Shown piece after piece: positions 49,501 to 62,310 of a stretch of 64,000 bases of DNA (positions within the stretch are counted from its first letter, which is position 1; each line of letters opens with the position of its first letter). The notes under the pieces were generated by a model. It was not told the DNA's origin. It searched no databases and saw only the letters and a list, made by a program, of their open reading frames with translations. The translations under genes and the position numbers were made by a program. The DNA is from Dendrobates tinctorius (taxonomy: Eukaryota), in contig NW_027361830.1 of NCBI RefSeq assembly GCF_039654945.1, forward strand, positions 7,626,001 to 7,690,000, read 5' to 3'.

Positions 49501-51500
49501 GTGTCCTTGAGGCCAATGGAACAGAGCATAGTGAGGAGGAGCTGATGATCCACAGTGTCGAATGCTGCAGAGAGATCCAAGAGAATTAGCATGGAGTAAT
49601 GACCATTTGATTTAGCTATTAGCAGATCATTAGAGACTTTAGTGAGGGCAGTTTCAGTGGAGTGTAAAGAGCGAAAACCGGATTGGAGAGGGTCGAGAAC
49701 AGAGTTTTCTGAGAGATAGCGGATAAGACGGGAGTGGACCAGGCGTTCCAGGAGTTTAGAGATGAAGGGAAGATTAGAGACAGGTCTATAGTTAGCGGCA
49801 CAGTTTTGGTCGAGGGATGGTTTTTTAAGTAGTGGATGTATGATGGCATGCTTAAATGAGGAGGGAAAAATACCAGAAGAGAGAGAGAGGTTAAATATTT
49901 TAGTTAGGTGAGGGGTCACAGCAGGAGAAAGGGACTGGAGGAGATGTGACGGAAATGGGTCACTGGTGCAAGTAGTTGGGCGAGAAGATGCAAGGAGCCT
50001 GCTTACTTCTTCTTCTGTGACTGGTTCAAAATCAGAGAGTGAGCTAGATGCAGTGGGGGAGGGAGGACAGTGCATGGTATGAGGGGATTGGGAGATAATT
50101 TCCTGTCGAATCTGGTCAATTTTTTCTTTGAAGTAATAGGCCAGATCGTCAGCTCGGAGCTCCGTGGTTGGGGCCTGTACTCTTGGATTGAGTAGAGAAT
50201 GAAAAGTGTCAAAGAGACGTTTCGGGTTATTGGACAGTGAGGTGATGAGGGTGTTGAAATAGGTTTGTTTGGAGAGGTGAAGGGCAGTGTTGTATGTTCT
50301 AAGCATAAACTTAAAATGGATGAAATCTTCGTGTAGATTGGATTTTCTCCACAGACGTTCGGCGCACCTGGAGCACCGCTGCAGGAAACGTGTTTGCACC
50401 GTGTGACAGGGTTGTCGCCATCTGCGTTGTGGTGTTCTATTTATAGGGGGTGCAAATTCATCCAGGGCACTTTGAAGTGTTTCATTGTAATGCTTCAATG
50501 CAGAATCAGGACATGAGAGGGAGGAGATAGGGGCCAATGAAGACTGCAAGTTCTTCATAAGTTTCTGGGTGTTAATGGCCTGTATGTTTCTATAAGTCTG
50601 GACAGTGGAGGTGACCTGAGCAGCCTGGCAGTTCTTTAAAGAGAATGAAAGAAGATTGTGGTCAGAGAGCGGGAGAGGGGAGTTTGCAAAATCATCCACT
50701 GCACAAAGCCGAGAGAAGACCAAGTCGAGGGAGTTTCCGTCTTCATGCGTTGGAGAATTAGTAAGCTGCGAAAGGCCAAACGAGGAGGTTAGAGATAAAA
50801 GGCGAGTAGCAGATGGTGAGAGGGGAAGAGCAATGGGGATGTTGAAATCTCCCATGATGAGGGTAGGGATGTCACATGAGAGAAAATGTGGAAGCCAAGT
50901 GGCAAAATGATCCAGGAACTGATGGGAGGGGCCAGGAGGACGATACACCACCGCCACTCGCATGGAGAAGGGGGTGTAGAGTCTGACGGCATGGACCTCA
51001 AAAGAAGGGAAGACAAGTGAGGGTACTTGAGGGATAACCTGAAAGGTACATTTTGGTGATAGGAGCAGACCAACGCCTCCACCAGCTCTACTGTCTGATC
51101 TTGGGGTATGAGAGAAGTGTAGCCCCCCGTATGAAAGAGCAGCAGCAGCGGTAGTGTCTGACTGCTGGATCCAGGTTTCAGTAAGAGCCAGGAGGTTAAG
51201 AGAATTAGAAAGGAAGAAGTCATGGATGAAGGAGAGTTTGTTACACACTGAGCGAGAATTCCAAAGTGCACAATTAAGAGAGACAGATGGCAGGCAGGGA
51301 AAATTAATAAGATTAGAGGGGTTTCTAAGTGTAGCAGTCGGGGGGTTTGACTTTCTATAAAATGGGGGACCAGGGTTGGGAGCAATGTCTCCTGCGACTA
51401 GGAGAAGGAGGATAGAAAGAGTGAGCAGATGGTTAAGTGATTTGTAAGAGCATCTCTGATGTTGAATGGAGGGACTGACTGGATCTGTGCAATTTAACAA
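46554..51500 (-). CDS. LINE ORF2 (APE endonuclease + reverse transcriptase), interrupted by the hAT insertion at 47336-49229
   Basis: [74 protein letters not shown]. Removing the insert and one TSD rejoins the frame as GDCLNAVS. Confidence 0.92.
47336..49229. mobile_element. Non-autonomous hAT (Charlie-like) element
   Basis: TIR CAGTGGTCCCCAACC / GGTTGGGGACCCCTG; perfect 8-bp TSD GTTTAGAC. Confidence 0.93.
47740..48870. repeat. 33-35 bp minisatellite, roughly 30 or more copies
   Basis: Unit GGCTCCGCTCCCACTCTCCCTCCCTTGTATATAT and variants. Confidence 0.95.
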
Positions 51501-51669
51501 TTAGCTTTATGAAACACTAAAAGAAATCAAGAACAAAAAATGTGGTAGTCAGTAATGGCTATTTTTTTTAAGCCAAGCATAGGGGAAAAATTATGAAATC
51601 ACTCAATTCTGAGGAAAAAATTATGGAATCATGAAAAACAAACCAACAAAAAAACACTCCAACACATCA

Positions 51670-53235
51670 CTAGTATTTTGTTGCACCACCTCTGGCTTTT
51701 ATAACAGCTTTAAGTCTCTGAGGCATGGACTTAATGAGTGTCAAACAGTACTCTTCATCAATCTGGCTCCAACTTTCTTTGATTGCTGTTGCCAGATCAG
51801 CTTTGCAGGTTGGAGCCTTGTCATGGACCATTTTCTTCAACTTCCACCAAAGATTTTCAATTGGATTGACATCTGGACTATTTGCAGTCCATGACATTAA
51901 CCTTATGTGTCTTTTTTCAAGGAATGTTTTCACAGTTTTTGCTCTATGGCAGGATGCATTATCATCTTGAAAAATGATTTCATCATCCCCAAACATCCTT
52001 TCAAATGATGGGATAAGAAAAGTGTCCAAAATATCAACATAAACTTGTGCATTTATTGAAGATGTAATGACAGCCAGATATCTCCCCAGTGCCTTTACCT
52101 GACATGCAGCCCCATATCAATGACTGTGGAAATTTGCATGTTCTCTTCAGGCAGTCATCTTTATAAATCTCATTGGAACGGCACCAAACAAAAGTTCCAG
52201 CATCATCACCTTGCCCAATGCAGATTCGCGATTCATCACTGAATATGACTTTCATCCAGTCATCCTCGATTGCTTTTCCTTAGCCCATTGTAACCTTGTT
52301 TTTTTTTGTTTAGGTGTTAATGATGGTTTTCGTTTAGCTTTTCTGTATGTAAATCCCATTTCCTTTAGGTGGTTTCTTACAGTTCGGTCACAGACGTTGA
52401 CTCCAGTTTCCTCCCATTCGATCCTCATTTGTTTTCTTGTGCATTTCCTGTTTTGGAGACGTATTTGCTTTAAGTTTCCGGTCTTGACGCTTTGATGTCT
52501 TCCTTGGTCTACCAGTATGTTTACCTTTAACAACCTTCCCATGTTTTCAAAAATGGAAATGCCTAGAAGACAAAGCACCCCAAGGTAAATATGCATTGAT
52601 CATATCTCTATGCACTTTTTCTGCCATCAGCCAGAGGTTTTTTCTGGGACTTATACAGCCTTTTTGCATATGCATACACCATTTGTTGCTAACCCAGGTA
52701 TTCACCTTCCTCTGGCTTATCTTTGTGGTAGATATTTTGATCTTTTTCACATCCATTTTGAAACTTTTCATTGCTACACTCTATAATATGCATATTAACC
52801 ATGCATTTATTACTAGCATATGTATGCAATTTTATTAGCCTGACTTAAATATGATGGCATTTATATGTATGGTTAATATTTAATATACTTCTCTAAAAAA
52901 CTTTTACCGATATGCCAGCATTCATATTATGCTACTTGCCCTAGGGTGCGGTTACTTGTTTATGTCCCCCTTCTTTTACACGTACTATGCTTTTATGCAA
53001 TGATTCTTATGAATAATCATGTTTCAATAAAGATCGATTTTTTAGACATAGCTTCTTTCTTGCTCATGTTAGATGTATAAACCTTCCCATGTTGTTTGTA
53101 TTTGGTCTAGATTTTCGACACAGCTGACTGCGAACAACCAACATCTTTTGCAACATTGTATGATGATTTACCCTCTTTTAAAAGTTGGATAATCTTCTCC
53201 TTTGTTTCAACTGACATCTCTCGTGTTGGAGTCAT
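51670..53235 (-). pseudogene. Disrupted Minos-like transposase
   Basis: MTPTREMS..., IFSDESR, DCLKRTCKFPQSL.WGCMSGKG, FQDDNASCH, SPDVNPIENLW; frameshifts, a stop and a 534-bp insert. Confidence 0.9.
52546..53079 (+). mobile_element. Retroposed AT-rich insert, probably a PLE 3' tail, inside the Tc1 transposase
   Basis: 14-bp TSD AACCTTCCCATGTT (52532-52545, 53080-53093); AATAAA at ~53026; no poly-A tail. Confidence 0.7.
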
Positions 53236-54556
53236 GATTCATCTCAGTCCACTTGGTGCAACAGCTCTACAAGGTGTGCTCACTCCTTTTTAGGTGCAAA
53301 CTAACGAGCAGATCTAATTTGATGCAGGTGTTAGTTTTGGGAATGAAAATTTACAGGGTGATTCCATAATTTTTTTCTCAGAATTGAGTGATTCCATAAT
53401 TTTTCCCCTCTGCTTGGTTTAAAAAAGTAACCATTACTGACTACCATATTTTTTGTTCTTGATTTCTTTTAGTGTTTCTTAAAGCAAGAAAGTTGCCTTT
53501 GGAAATGACTTTAGCTTTGTGCCATGTCTGTGATCTGCTTTTTTCTACAAAATTAAACAACTGAATGAACATCCTCCAAGGCCGGTGATTCCATAATTTT
53601 TGCCAGGGGTTGTATTTCACATGCTTCAAACTCACACTGTCTATTGCAGCTAAGCAGTGTGAGAGGTTCATATTTCCGTGTGTAAAAAAAAATATATATA
53701 TATATATTCAAGTTGGATGGTGGTTAACCAAGAAAATTGTTACTTAACCTTCAGACTCTCTGACTGCCTGACCTAAACATTCATGCCAGAAAATGTGATG
53801 AATCGGATGTATGTTTCTAGGAAGTAAACTGGACTTATCAATGAGTTTTCTAATCTCACAGTGAATGAGAAGTGCTTTTTATTCATTGTTCCTACACGTC
53901 CTAGGAAAGCTGTTTCCTTTGTACAGGATAACCCACAACTTGTTCTGCCATACCAACGATTGCGTAAGGCAAAAGTACCAGATAAGGAGTATGGCTGTCC
54001 AATGGCGGCCCACAACAGTAATTCATTATTGTAGAATTGCAGCCTTATGTTTAATTTGTTAATTTGTTATACATGGTTTTTTTTTTTGGTTTTTTTTATA
54101 AAGAACTGTGGAGCCAATTCATCAAAGGTGGCATTTCTTCCACCACTTTTGACATATGCCCCTGAATGTGCATCTTTTAGGCTGGCTGTGTGCCAGAATG
54201 ACAGTTGTACTCCATCTCATCTGTCATAGGTTTCGGCATAATTTATAATGAATCCACCGGGCCACACCTGATAAGGCGAGCTCACTCTCTAGCAAAAAAC
54301 TGGCGTGAAAATGGCAAATATGTTTTTTTCTTGGGGGGGGGGGGGGGGTTGGGTTGTAAACAAGTCAACTCGCAGGATGGTTTTTTTTGCCTACAGAGAT
54401 GTGTACTTGGCTTTTTTTTTGTGCAGCTTTTTTGACTTTTGACACTATAGATCATATGATTCTTAGAGAAATTTTGTAATCACACGATGTGTGTATCAGC
54501 TTATTTCTAATGTTAAAAACAACAACAATTACATTAATAAAATAAAAAAAACTTAA

Positions 54557-54993
54557 AGGGGTTTTCTCCTGAGCAAAACTTAATTTTAATGAATAGATCT
54601 TGGAATAATAATAATTTCCACAATTGATGTATTTAAATGTTCCTGTGCTGAGATAACCTTATAAATGTGCCCCTGCTGTGTACTGTGTAATGGCCGTGTC
54701 TGACTGTGCAGGAACATGGTCTGATCACAGCACAGCTCCTGGGCAGGGGAGGAAGCAAAAAAATATACAGACATTACTGCAGATGATCACAAATGATTGT
54801 TTCTTTGAGATAAAACATTGCTTAAAAACAGGCAGTAAAATGTTTTACCTCACAAGAGCAAACAGCTGTGATCCCATGCTGAAATATTTGTATACTCTTT
54901 TGCTTCCTCCCCTGCCCAGGAGCTGTTGATCAGACCATGTTCCTTTACAGTCAGCCATTTCACAGTACACAACAGGGGCACATTTATAAATTT
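54557..54993. mobile_element. Kolobok/T2-type MITE, right end lost
   Basis: TTAA|AGGGGTTTTC start; inverted arms TTATAAATGTGCCCCTG / CAGGGGCACATTTATAA. Confidence 0.65.
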
Positions 54994-54994
54994 A

Positions 54995-55643
54995 CTAGCT
55001 GAAGAGCCCGGCGTTGCCCAGATATAGTAACTAACTGACGTCCCACTTTGTCCCTTCGGAACCCCCCTCTCCACTCGACGACCCGTTCTCTCCCTTCGTA
55101 GCCCTGCTCTCTACCCGCCGTCCTGCATTCTTCCTCATCAGCCCCGCTCTCCATCCACTATCCCACTCTCTCCCTCCGCAGCTCCTGTCTCCACTGGCTG
55201 TCCCGCTCTCTCCCTCAACAACCCCACTTTCGCTCCGCAGCCCTGCTGTCTCCATCCACCATCACGCTCTCTCCTTCAGCAGCCCCACTATCCAATCGGC
55301 GTCCCGCATTCTCCCTCCACAGTCCCGCTCTCCCTCAGCAGCCCCTGTCTCTACTGGCCATCCCGCTGTCTCTCTGCAGCCCCGCTCTCCACTGGCCGTC
55401 CTGCTCTCTCCCTCAGCAGTCCCGCTCTCTCCCTCTGCAGCCCCTGTCTCCACTGCCCGTCCCACTCTCTCCCTCAGCAGTCCAGCTCTCCACCCGCATC
55501 CCGCTCTCTCCCTTAACAGCCCCGCTCTCCACCCGCCATCACGCTCTCCACCCGCCGTCCTGCTTTCTCCCTCCACAGCTCCCCTCTCCATCTGTGTCCC
55601 ATTCTCCCTCTACAGCCCTGCTCTCTCCCTCCATAGCCCTGCT
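54995..55643 (-). mobile_element. Helitron-like 3' end followed by a C-rich minisatellite
   Basis: Minus strand ...GGGCAACGCCGGGCTCTTCAGCTAG|T: a GC hairpin then CTAG before a host T. CCCGCTCTC(T)CC repeats at 55060-55640. Confidence 0.55.
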
Positions 55644-58600
55644 CGATTCTCGTGCAAGTCTCTCGCGTGAAAACCTTTGCACTGCCGCCGGCAATCGGAC
55701 CGGAGCGTGCGGCTACATGTATTTCTATGCAGCCGCACGCTCCGGTCCAAGTTCCTGCGGCAGTGCAAGGTTTTCATGTGAGAGACTCGCACGAAAATCG
55801 TGCGAGTCTCTCGCAAGTGAGTATGAGCCGTTATAGTGATTTAGAACAGCAGTTAAATATTCTCTAGCAGTTGACTTTTAAGGTCCCTTCTTATATGTAG
55901 TATTAGGCTTTGAGTTCATTTTGAAAAAATTGTAGTATACTGTTTTGTCGTTCACGGTCCAGTTATACATCAGTACATGTTGAAATGATAATGCAGAGGA
56001 TTTCGAGAACTCCTCAAGATGTTCTTGGGGTTTAACTTACCCTGATGAACCATTTCAAGTGAAACTCTTCATTCGTGGAAAAAAAAATAAACAAGATTAA
56101 TTGCACCTTGTGATCTAAGAAATAATAATGGTAAAAGGCAAAAACATGTCAGTCACACCATTTCTGAGAAGCCAGACAACGCATGACTGAGACCTTGTGC
56201 TCCTCAGCTGATCGGGCTGCATGCACTGACTTCGTCCGGTTCCGTGGCCACCTTCAGCAGGTTCTTTTTGGAAGTGACGTTTTCTGAATATTCAGCTTCG
56301 GCAGAAAATTGAAATGAAGTTCTTATTCTGCATCTCCATTATCTTAGTGCAGAAGAGACAGAACACAAAAGCTCGGCTGAGTTTTTCTTCATAATAAATT
56401 ATCTGCCAGGATTTTTGCTCTAAGCTGAAATACATTAGAATTATCCTCATCTTATATAAATAAAGGAAAGATTAAGGTCAGATTATAGAAATGCATTTGC
56501 AGCTCTGATCTCCATATTTCGTCTGCGTTTTGGCTTTAGGCATTTTGATTTCTTGTTTGCTTTTTCCTTTTCTTTAACGAGCTGTATTGTTGGATGGTAA
56601 ATATCCGCATTCTACGTCTTTCCGACTCCTCATGACACCGAACACGTTGGTAATGTGTCATTGTCACGATTAGCGTACATCTGATGGTGATCTAAACATT
56701 TATGGGTTTCTGGATTACTATAGAAAAGAAAAGGGGCCTCCTAAAAAGACATCACTGTGTATGGCCTCATCAGATATTTGATTTGCTTGTTTAGACGTCA
56801 TCTAGTTATTTCTGTTTCCATAAAGGACGTCGCCCAGTTTTTTTTTTTAATTGTCAGGAGGGCAGACCCAAAAAGGACAACGCAATAATTTCCATGGAAG
56901 GTCGCACAGGAAGCCATTTACAGTGAAATCTAGGCGGCGTTTCCTTTTCTAACTGTAATCCTGATACGCCCCTGCCCATTATTGTCACATTTATATGGTG
57001 TCACCTTCCATTCCGCAGCTATATTTGTCCACTGCTGGCCAAAGATAGTATAATTGGAATTATAACGGATTGGTTTTAGAGGTGTTTTCATATGACCCTT
57101 CTATATGGAGTTTTTATAGCACAGGTTTTAAAGCCATAGTTAGTGGATTAAAAGAAATTAAATAGAATATATTCTTGCAAAATATTTTTTTCCTTCTCTA
57201 TCCACTCCTTGCTTTGGCTTAAAAGCAATCTGTTACTTTGTTTTTTTGTCATCAAATCTGAGAGCAATGTAGAGACAGAGACCCTCATTCCAGTGATGTG
57301 TCAGGTACTGGGCTGCGCAGTTCTTTTTCAGCAAGAGATTATCCCTAGAGGACTAGTAAACCAGCTGCCACGTTGAGGAGCTCTGTAGAACCCCACCCCC
57401 ACCACTGATTGGCAGCTTTCTGCCTATGCACAGTGTACACAGAAAGTTGTCAATAAGCTGTATGGATGGGGTTGTACAGAGCTCAGCATTCAAAGAACCA
57501 GCTAGAATTGCATCAAATAAAACTGATTTTTATCAAAACTGCAGCAAGCAGCCCAGTAAGTGTTACATCACGGGAATCAAAGGTATTTGCCCGTACATCA
57601 TGTTGCTCTGAGATATGGTAGGAAAAACCTGGTGCATTAAAAAGGCACATTTAAAAGCACCCAAAAATGGGTTTCTGTAATGGCAATTGCGATGTATGGT
57701 GGGCACGGAAAGTGATAATGTTGCTCCACATTAAGCAATCTGCACAGACTCAGCATGTTCTGTATTGCCTACTATTGGTCTTATGTTACACTTTCCATTT
57801 GTGAGGGTTTTTTCTAGCACAATGATGTGTCTTCAGGTTTAATAATGCAAGAAGACACATAACCAACATCCATCACTTGTATGGCGTGTTGTATTTGCAT
57901 CAGCCTGTCAAAGAAATGTATGTACAGGAGAAAGGATTGTACTTAAAATGACTTTAAGATCTGCAGTTTAGCCCCTACTGTGTCGCCATCTGCCTAGCAC
58001 AACATGGAAATGAAGCCGTCTCCGATGTTGCTATGAATTTGCATACTATGACTGGTTACAAATGTTAAATCAAGTCTTTAAGAGTGAACCCGTCACCCAG
58101 CTAGTCACTTAATTACATTGATTTATTTCAGATGATCAGTTATTAATTACTTTTTAGTTGCTTAATAGCGCTCCCTTCTCAAACCCTTTCATGGAGGATT
58201 GCAGAGCAGCATGCCTATTTGTTACACATCCAGGGCCGGATTCTCCGGCACAGACATTGCATGCTTTTCCCATAGGTGGGCTTGGGGATAGAAGCCTTCT
58301 AATGGGAATGTTCACATTTGTGTGTGTATAAATATATTTAATATTTAACGTGCATAACAAAAAAATGAGGGTAGCACTCACACTTTATATGTTAATTATT
58401 CCTTCACAATGCTGTGGGAGAGGACATTCAGAAGGACAAAGGAAGATTGACCATGAAACTAGATGATGTACGAAATGTAATATTCTGCTTTATTTTGTAA
58501 GACCATTTTAAAGCCTTGAAGATGTGGCCTACTAGTTGCGTGAAGTCTGTGGACCTCCATACACATTAGATTAAACTGGGCTGAAGACGCCAATCTTGGG

Positions 58601-58924
58601 GAGGCCAGACAACCATCTTATGTGGCCTACAGATTAATAATCTTTTGGGGAAGAAACGTGCTGTACTTGGTGAATTTAAAGGGAACTGTCAGCTAAACCA
58701 AGGAAAGCATGAATCGGACACCACTTGTTTTACTGCAGCCATATATGTGGCTCTTCCGAGGAAATGTACTTTGAAAGTTTGGTTGAGCACCATGGATCAC
58801 TCGCTTGAGGCAGCTTCTCTCTCCCTGTGTGTATGTATAGGGAGAGACCTGCTAGTTTAGAAGAGATGGGGGTTGAAGAGAGGCCATCAGGGACCTGCCT
58901 TGGATGAGTCATCCTTGACACTTA

Positions 58925-59446
58925 AGCCCCCGTTACACATAACGATGTCCCAGCGATCCCAACAATGATCCGACATGATGGGATCGCTGGGACATCGTTA
59001 GTCTGATCGCTGGTGAACTGTCACATAGACAGCCCCAGCGATCAGGACCAGTGACATTGGATGCTGGTTTCTAATGTTAACATCGGGTATCCAGGAGCCG
59101 TGGCTCCTAGATACCCGCTGTTTACCTTGGAAACCAGCGTACACGCTGGTTTCCAAGGTAAACATCGGGTATCTAAGAGCCGCGCGACTCCTGGATACCC
59201 GATGTTTACATTAGAAACCAGCGTCGCTGATCCCTGGATTCTCGCTGCCACACGCAGCGATGCGGGCTGGCCAGCGGGAGACCAGCGATCGAATAATGAT
59301 CCAGTCCGATGCTGCACGATCAGCGATACCCGGCAGGGGGGCCGGTCACTGATCCCCGTCACACACAGCGATCTCGCTGGCGAGATCACTGTGGCGTCAC
59401 AAAATCAGCGATCTTGCTAGCGAGATCGCTGTGTGTGACGGGGCCT
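58925..59446 (-). mobile_element. Harbinger-type MITE, longer relative of family A
   Basis: TTA|AGCCCCCGTTACAC ... GTGTGACGGGGCCT|TTA; internal palindrome centred near 59140. Confidence 0.85.
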
Positions 59447-60049
59447 TTAGTCCTTATTTGGTCTCTCAAAGTATGTTTTCTCTGAAATGCCACAGTGTTT
59501 CAGAGTAAAGCATGCATGGCAGCAATAACACGAGTGGTGTTTAATACATACAGCCCATGGTTCAATCAGCATGACATGTTCCCTTTAAATTCAAACTGCT
59601 AAGTCCCCAACAGGTAAAAATCACTAGGCCATCATTTACATTAGATGACTACCCCAGTGAAATCTGTGTGTTCAGTTGGTTTTAATGTGTTTGGGGCTAT
59701 ACCCATAGCGCCCAACCACCCTTGAATGTTTCTGTCCCAATTTCAGGGCTCAGAACCACCGTCCTGGCACTTCAAGGCTTTGTCCCTGGTCTATTACTCA
59801 CCCCTCTTAAATTTCCTCATTACTCTGTAGCTCCTCAGAGGGTAGGGCTGCATATCTCTGCATTGACATAAATTAGAATGTTCACACCACTTCTCCTGTG
59901 ATCGGGCCTTTTTGAGACTCAAACTCGCATCTCCATGTTCTGAGGTAGCAGCTTTAGCTAGGAGCCACAGTCCACAATGATGTACATTTAAGAATTTGGT
60001 AATCTTGAAATGTATTGCCGGCAGTGAACTCACAAGTAGATTATACATA

Positions 60050-60680
60050 CCGTATTTTTCGGACTATAAGGCACACTTTTTTCCTCCAAAAATGTGGAGG
60101 ATAATGGGGGGGGTGTCTTATAGTCCGTATGTATCTGCTCTGGCTCAGGTCGGGAGTGGCAGCGGCGGGGCAGCGGGTCAGAGGAGGCATGAGCCGGCGG
60201 CTGCGACTAACTCTCGTGCCCACTGCTCAAGAGAAATGAACATTCACTGCATTCCACTCCCATGCGTGGGGAGGGCAGTGAATATTCATTTCTCTTTAAT
60301 AGAGGACACACTGTTAGCCGCAGCACCCGGCTTCCTGCAGCTGCCGGGCGTTCACATTTGTCTGCAGCTTAAGGGAATGAATATTCACTGCTTTCAACTC
60401 CCATAGGCGTGGAATGCAGTGAGTATTCATTCCCTTTAGTAGCGGGCACATATGAACGCCCAGCAGCTGCAGGAAGCTGGCAGCTAACACTGTGCCCGCT
60501 GCTATTAAAGAGCAATGAATATTCACTGCTCTTTACGCACATAGTCCCAGCGTGGAGAGCAGTGAGTATTTTGACAGCGGTCCTTGACTTGTGAGCAGCG
60601 CATGACATCCCTGCCTTGCACTGCTTACAAGCATAAATCAAATCAAGTGCTGGCATCGGAACAAGATGCTTCGAGGGAGG
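60050..60680. mobile_element. Tigger/pogo-like non-autonomous element, one end only
   Basis: TA|CCGTATTTTTCGGACTATAAGGCACAC; internal GAATATTCA repeats. Confidence 0.6.
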
Positions 60681-60695
60681 CAAGTATATATATAT

Positions 60696-61474
60696 CTTGG
60701 GGTTGTTCTTTATCTCTCTCACCAAGGCTCTTCTCCCACGATTGCTCAGTTTGGCTGGACGGCCAGGTCTAGGAAGTGTTCTGGTGGTCCCAAACTTCTT
60801 CCATTTAAGGATTATGGAGGCCACTGTGCTCTAAGGAATCTTGAGTATAGCAGAAATTCTTTTGTAACCTTGGCCAGATCTGTGCCTTGACACAATTCTG
60901 TCTCTGAGCTCCTTGGCCAGTTCCTTTGACCTCATGATTCTCATTTGGTCTGACATGCACTGTGAGGTCTTCTATAGACAGGACTTGTTTTGTAAAGGCA
61001 CACACCTATCAGTTTACACACAGCTGGACTCCAATGAAGGAGTAGAACCATCTCAAGGAGGATCACAAGGAAATGGACAGCATGTGACTTAAATATGAGT
61101 GTCTGAGCAAAGGGTCTGAATACTTATGACCATGTGATATTTTGTTTTTTAATAAATTTGTAAAAAATGTCTACATTTCTGTTTTTATCCGTCAAGAGGG
61201 GTGCAGAGTGTACACTTATGAGAAAAAAATGAATTTTTTTGAATTTACCAAATGGTTGCAATGAAACAAAGAGTAAAAAATTTAAAGTGCACACGCATAC
61301 ATATTTTTACTCCTTGGTAATATATCTATTGATTGTATTTATCATTGTAAAGGCTCATAGTTCTGTTACTTGGTCTGGTCTTTAAACTGAAGGTGGGAAC
61401 AGTGCGGATATTTCAGCGCAGACATGTTTAAATGTAAAAATTTAAAGAGGTCTGAATACTTTCCGAACCCACTG
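60696..61474 (-). mobile_element. 5' part of a Tc1 element (Passport-like) with a transposase N-terminal remnant
   Basis: Minus strand TA|CAGTGGGTTCGGAAAGTATTCAGACC; MRSKEL...SIILKWKKFGTTRTLPRPGRPAKLSNRGRRALVRE with an in-frame stop; insert at 61288-61433 flanked by a GTAAAAA(A)TTTAAAG duplication. Confidence 0.85.
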
Positions 61475-62310
61475 TATGTGGGGTGCATTTATTTTTTTTA
61501 CCAATCATAAGAAAGCAATGTTATACTGATGGAAAGAGGCAAATGCCCCCCTCCATGGAATGTCAGAACAGACTTTCTGCTTGATCTGGTGAGACTAAAT
61601 CTGCATTAATCAGATCCTCTGCCCCTTTTTGCTGATATATACAGTTTAAAATTTAAAAAAAAAATGCTTAAAATCCTCTTTAATAGCCAAGATTGATTTA
61701 GCAAACAGAGAACACTGGAAGACGGATTTTAATAGGAAAATCATTTTTAAGTAATTTCTATAATATGTATCAATTTTCCAGACACTCTTAGAATAATATT
61801 TATTCTTATTATGTAAGTATTATATGTGTCTAGTAATGAATTATCCCATAGGCTATTGTAAAGCTAGGAATTTATAACAAATATCACTGTGGGGCGTTCT
61901 ATAGTATCTAAGATAATGTTGGCATTTTTGTTTGCATAACCCGTTGTCTGGGGCAGGATCATCGTACTTCTCACGATCTCATTGTCTTTTGTAAGAGCTT
62001 CACAGTGAATCTTGTTGAGGTTGAGTAATCTTCTCACGATACAGTTGCTATGGTTTGGCATATTAAGGAGAGCAATGAGTAACATAAATTAAGTCACCAA
62101 AGTGAAGCTTTGAACTTGCAGTCAGCTATACCGTGTCAGAATGTTAGTTTTTGAGGTGTGTGGTTGGTGTCAGAGTCTGGTGTGACCAACTTCATGTAAT
62201 TGTGGTATTAAAAAAAATTCAGTATTTGTTCCCTTTGGATTATTCATGTGAACTACTATTACATAGAGCAAAATTATGTGTGTGTATATGTATGTAATAT
62301 ATATATATAT

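Larger units (their letters stand above)
46202..51503 (-). mobile_element. L2-clade LINE, 5'-truncated at the start of ORF2
   Basis: (ATT)n tail after AATAAA on the minus strand (46202-46226); 6-bp TSD GCTTTA (46196-46201, 51504-51509); APE + RT ORF. Confidence 0.92.
46068..53612 (-). mobile_element. Tc1 (Minos-like DD34E) element split by nested insertions
   Basis: TA|CAACCCCTGGCAAAAATTATGGAATCAC ... GTGATTCCATAATTTTTGCCAGGGGTTG|TA; the left TIR is interrupted by the LINE at 46202-51503. Confidence 0.93.
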
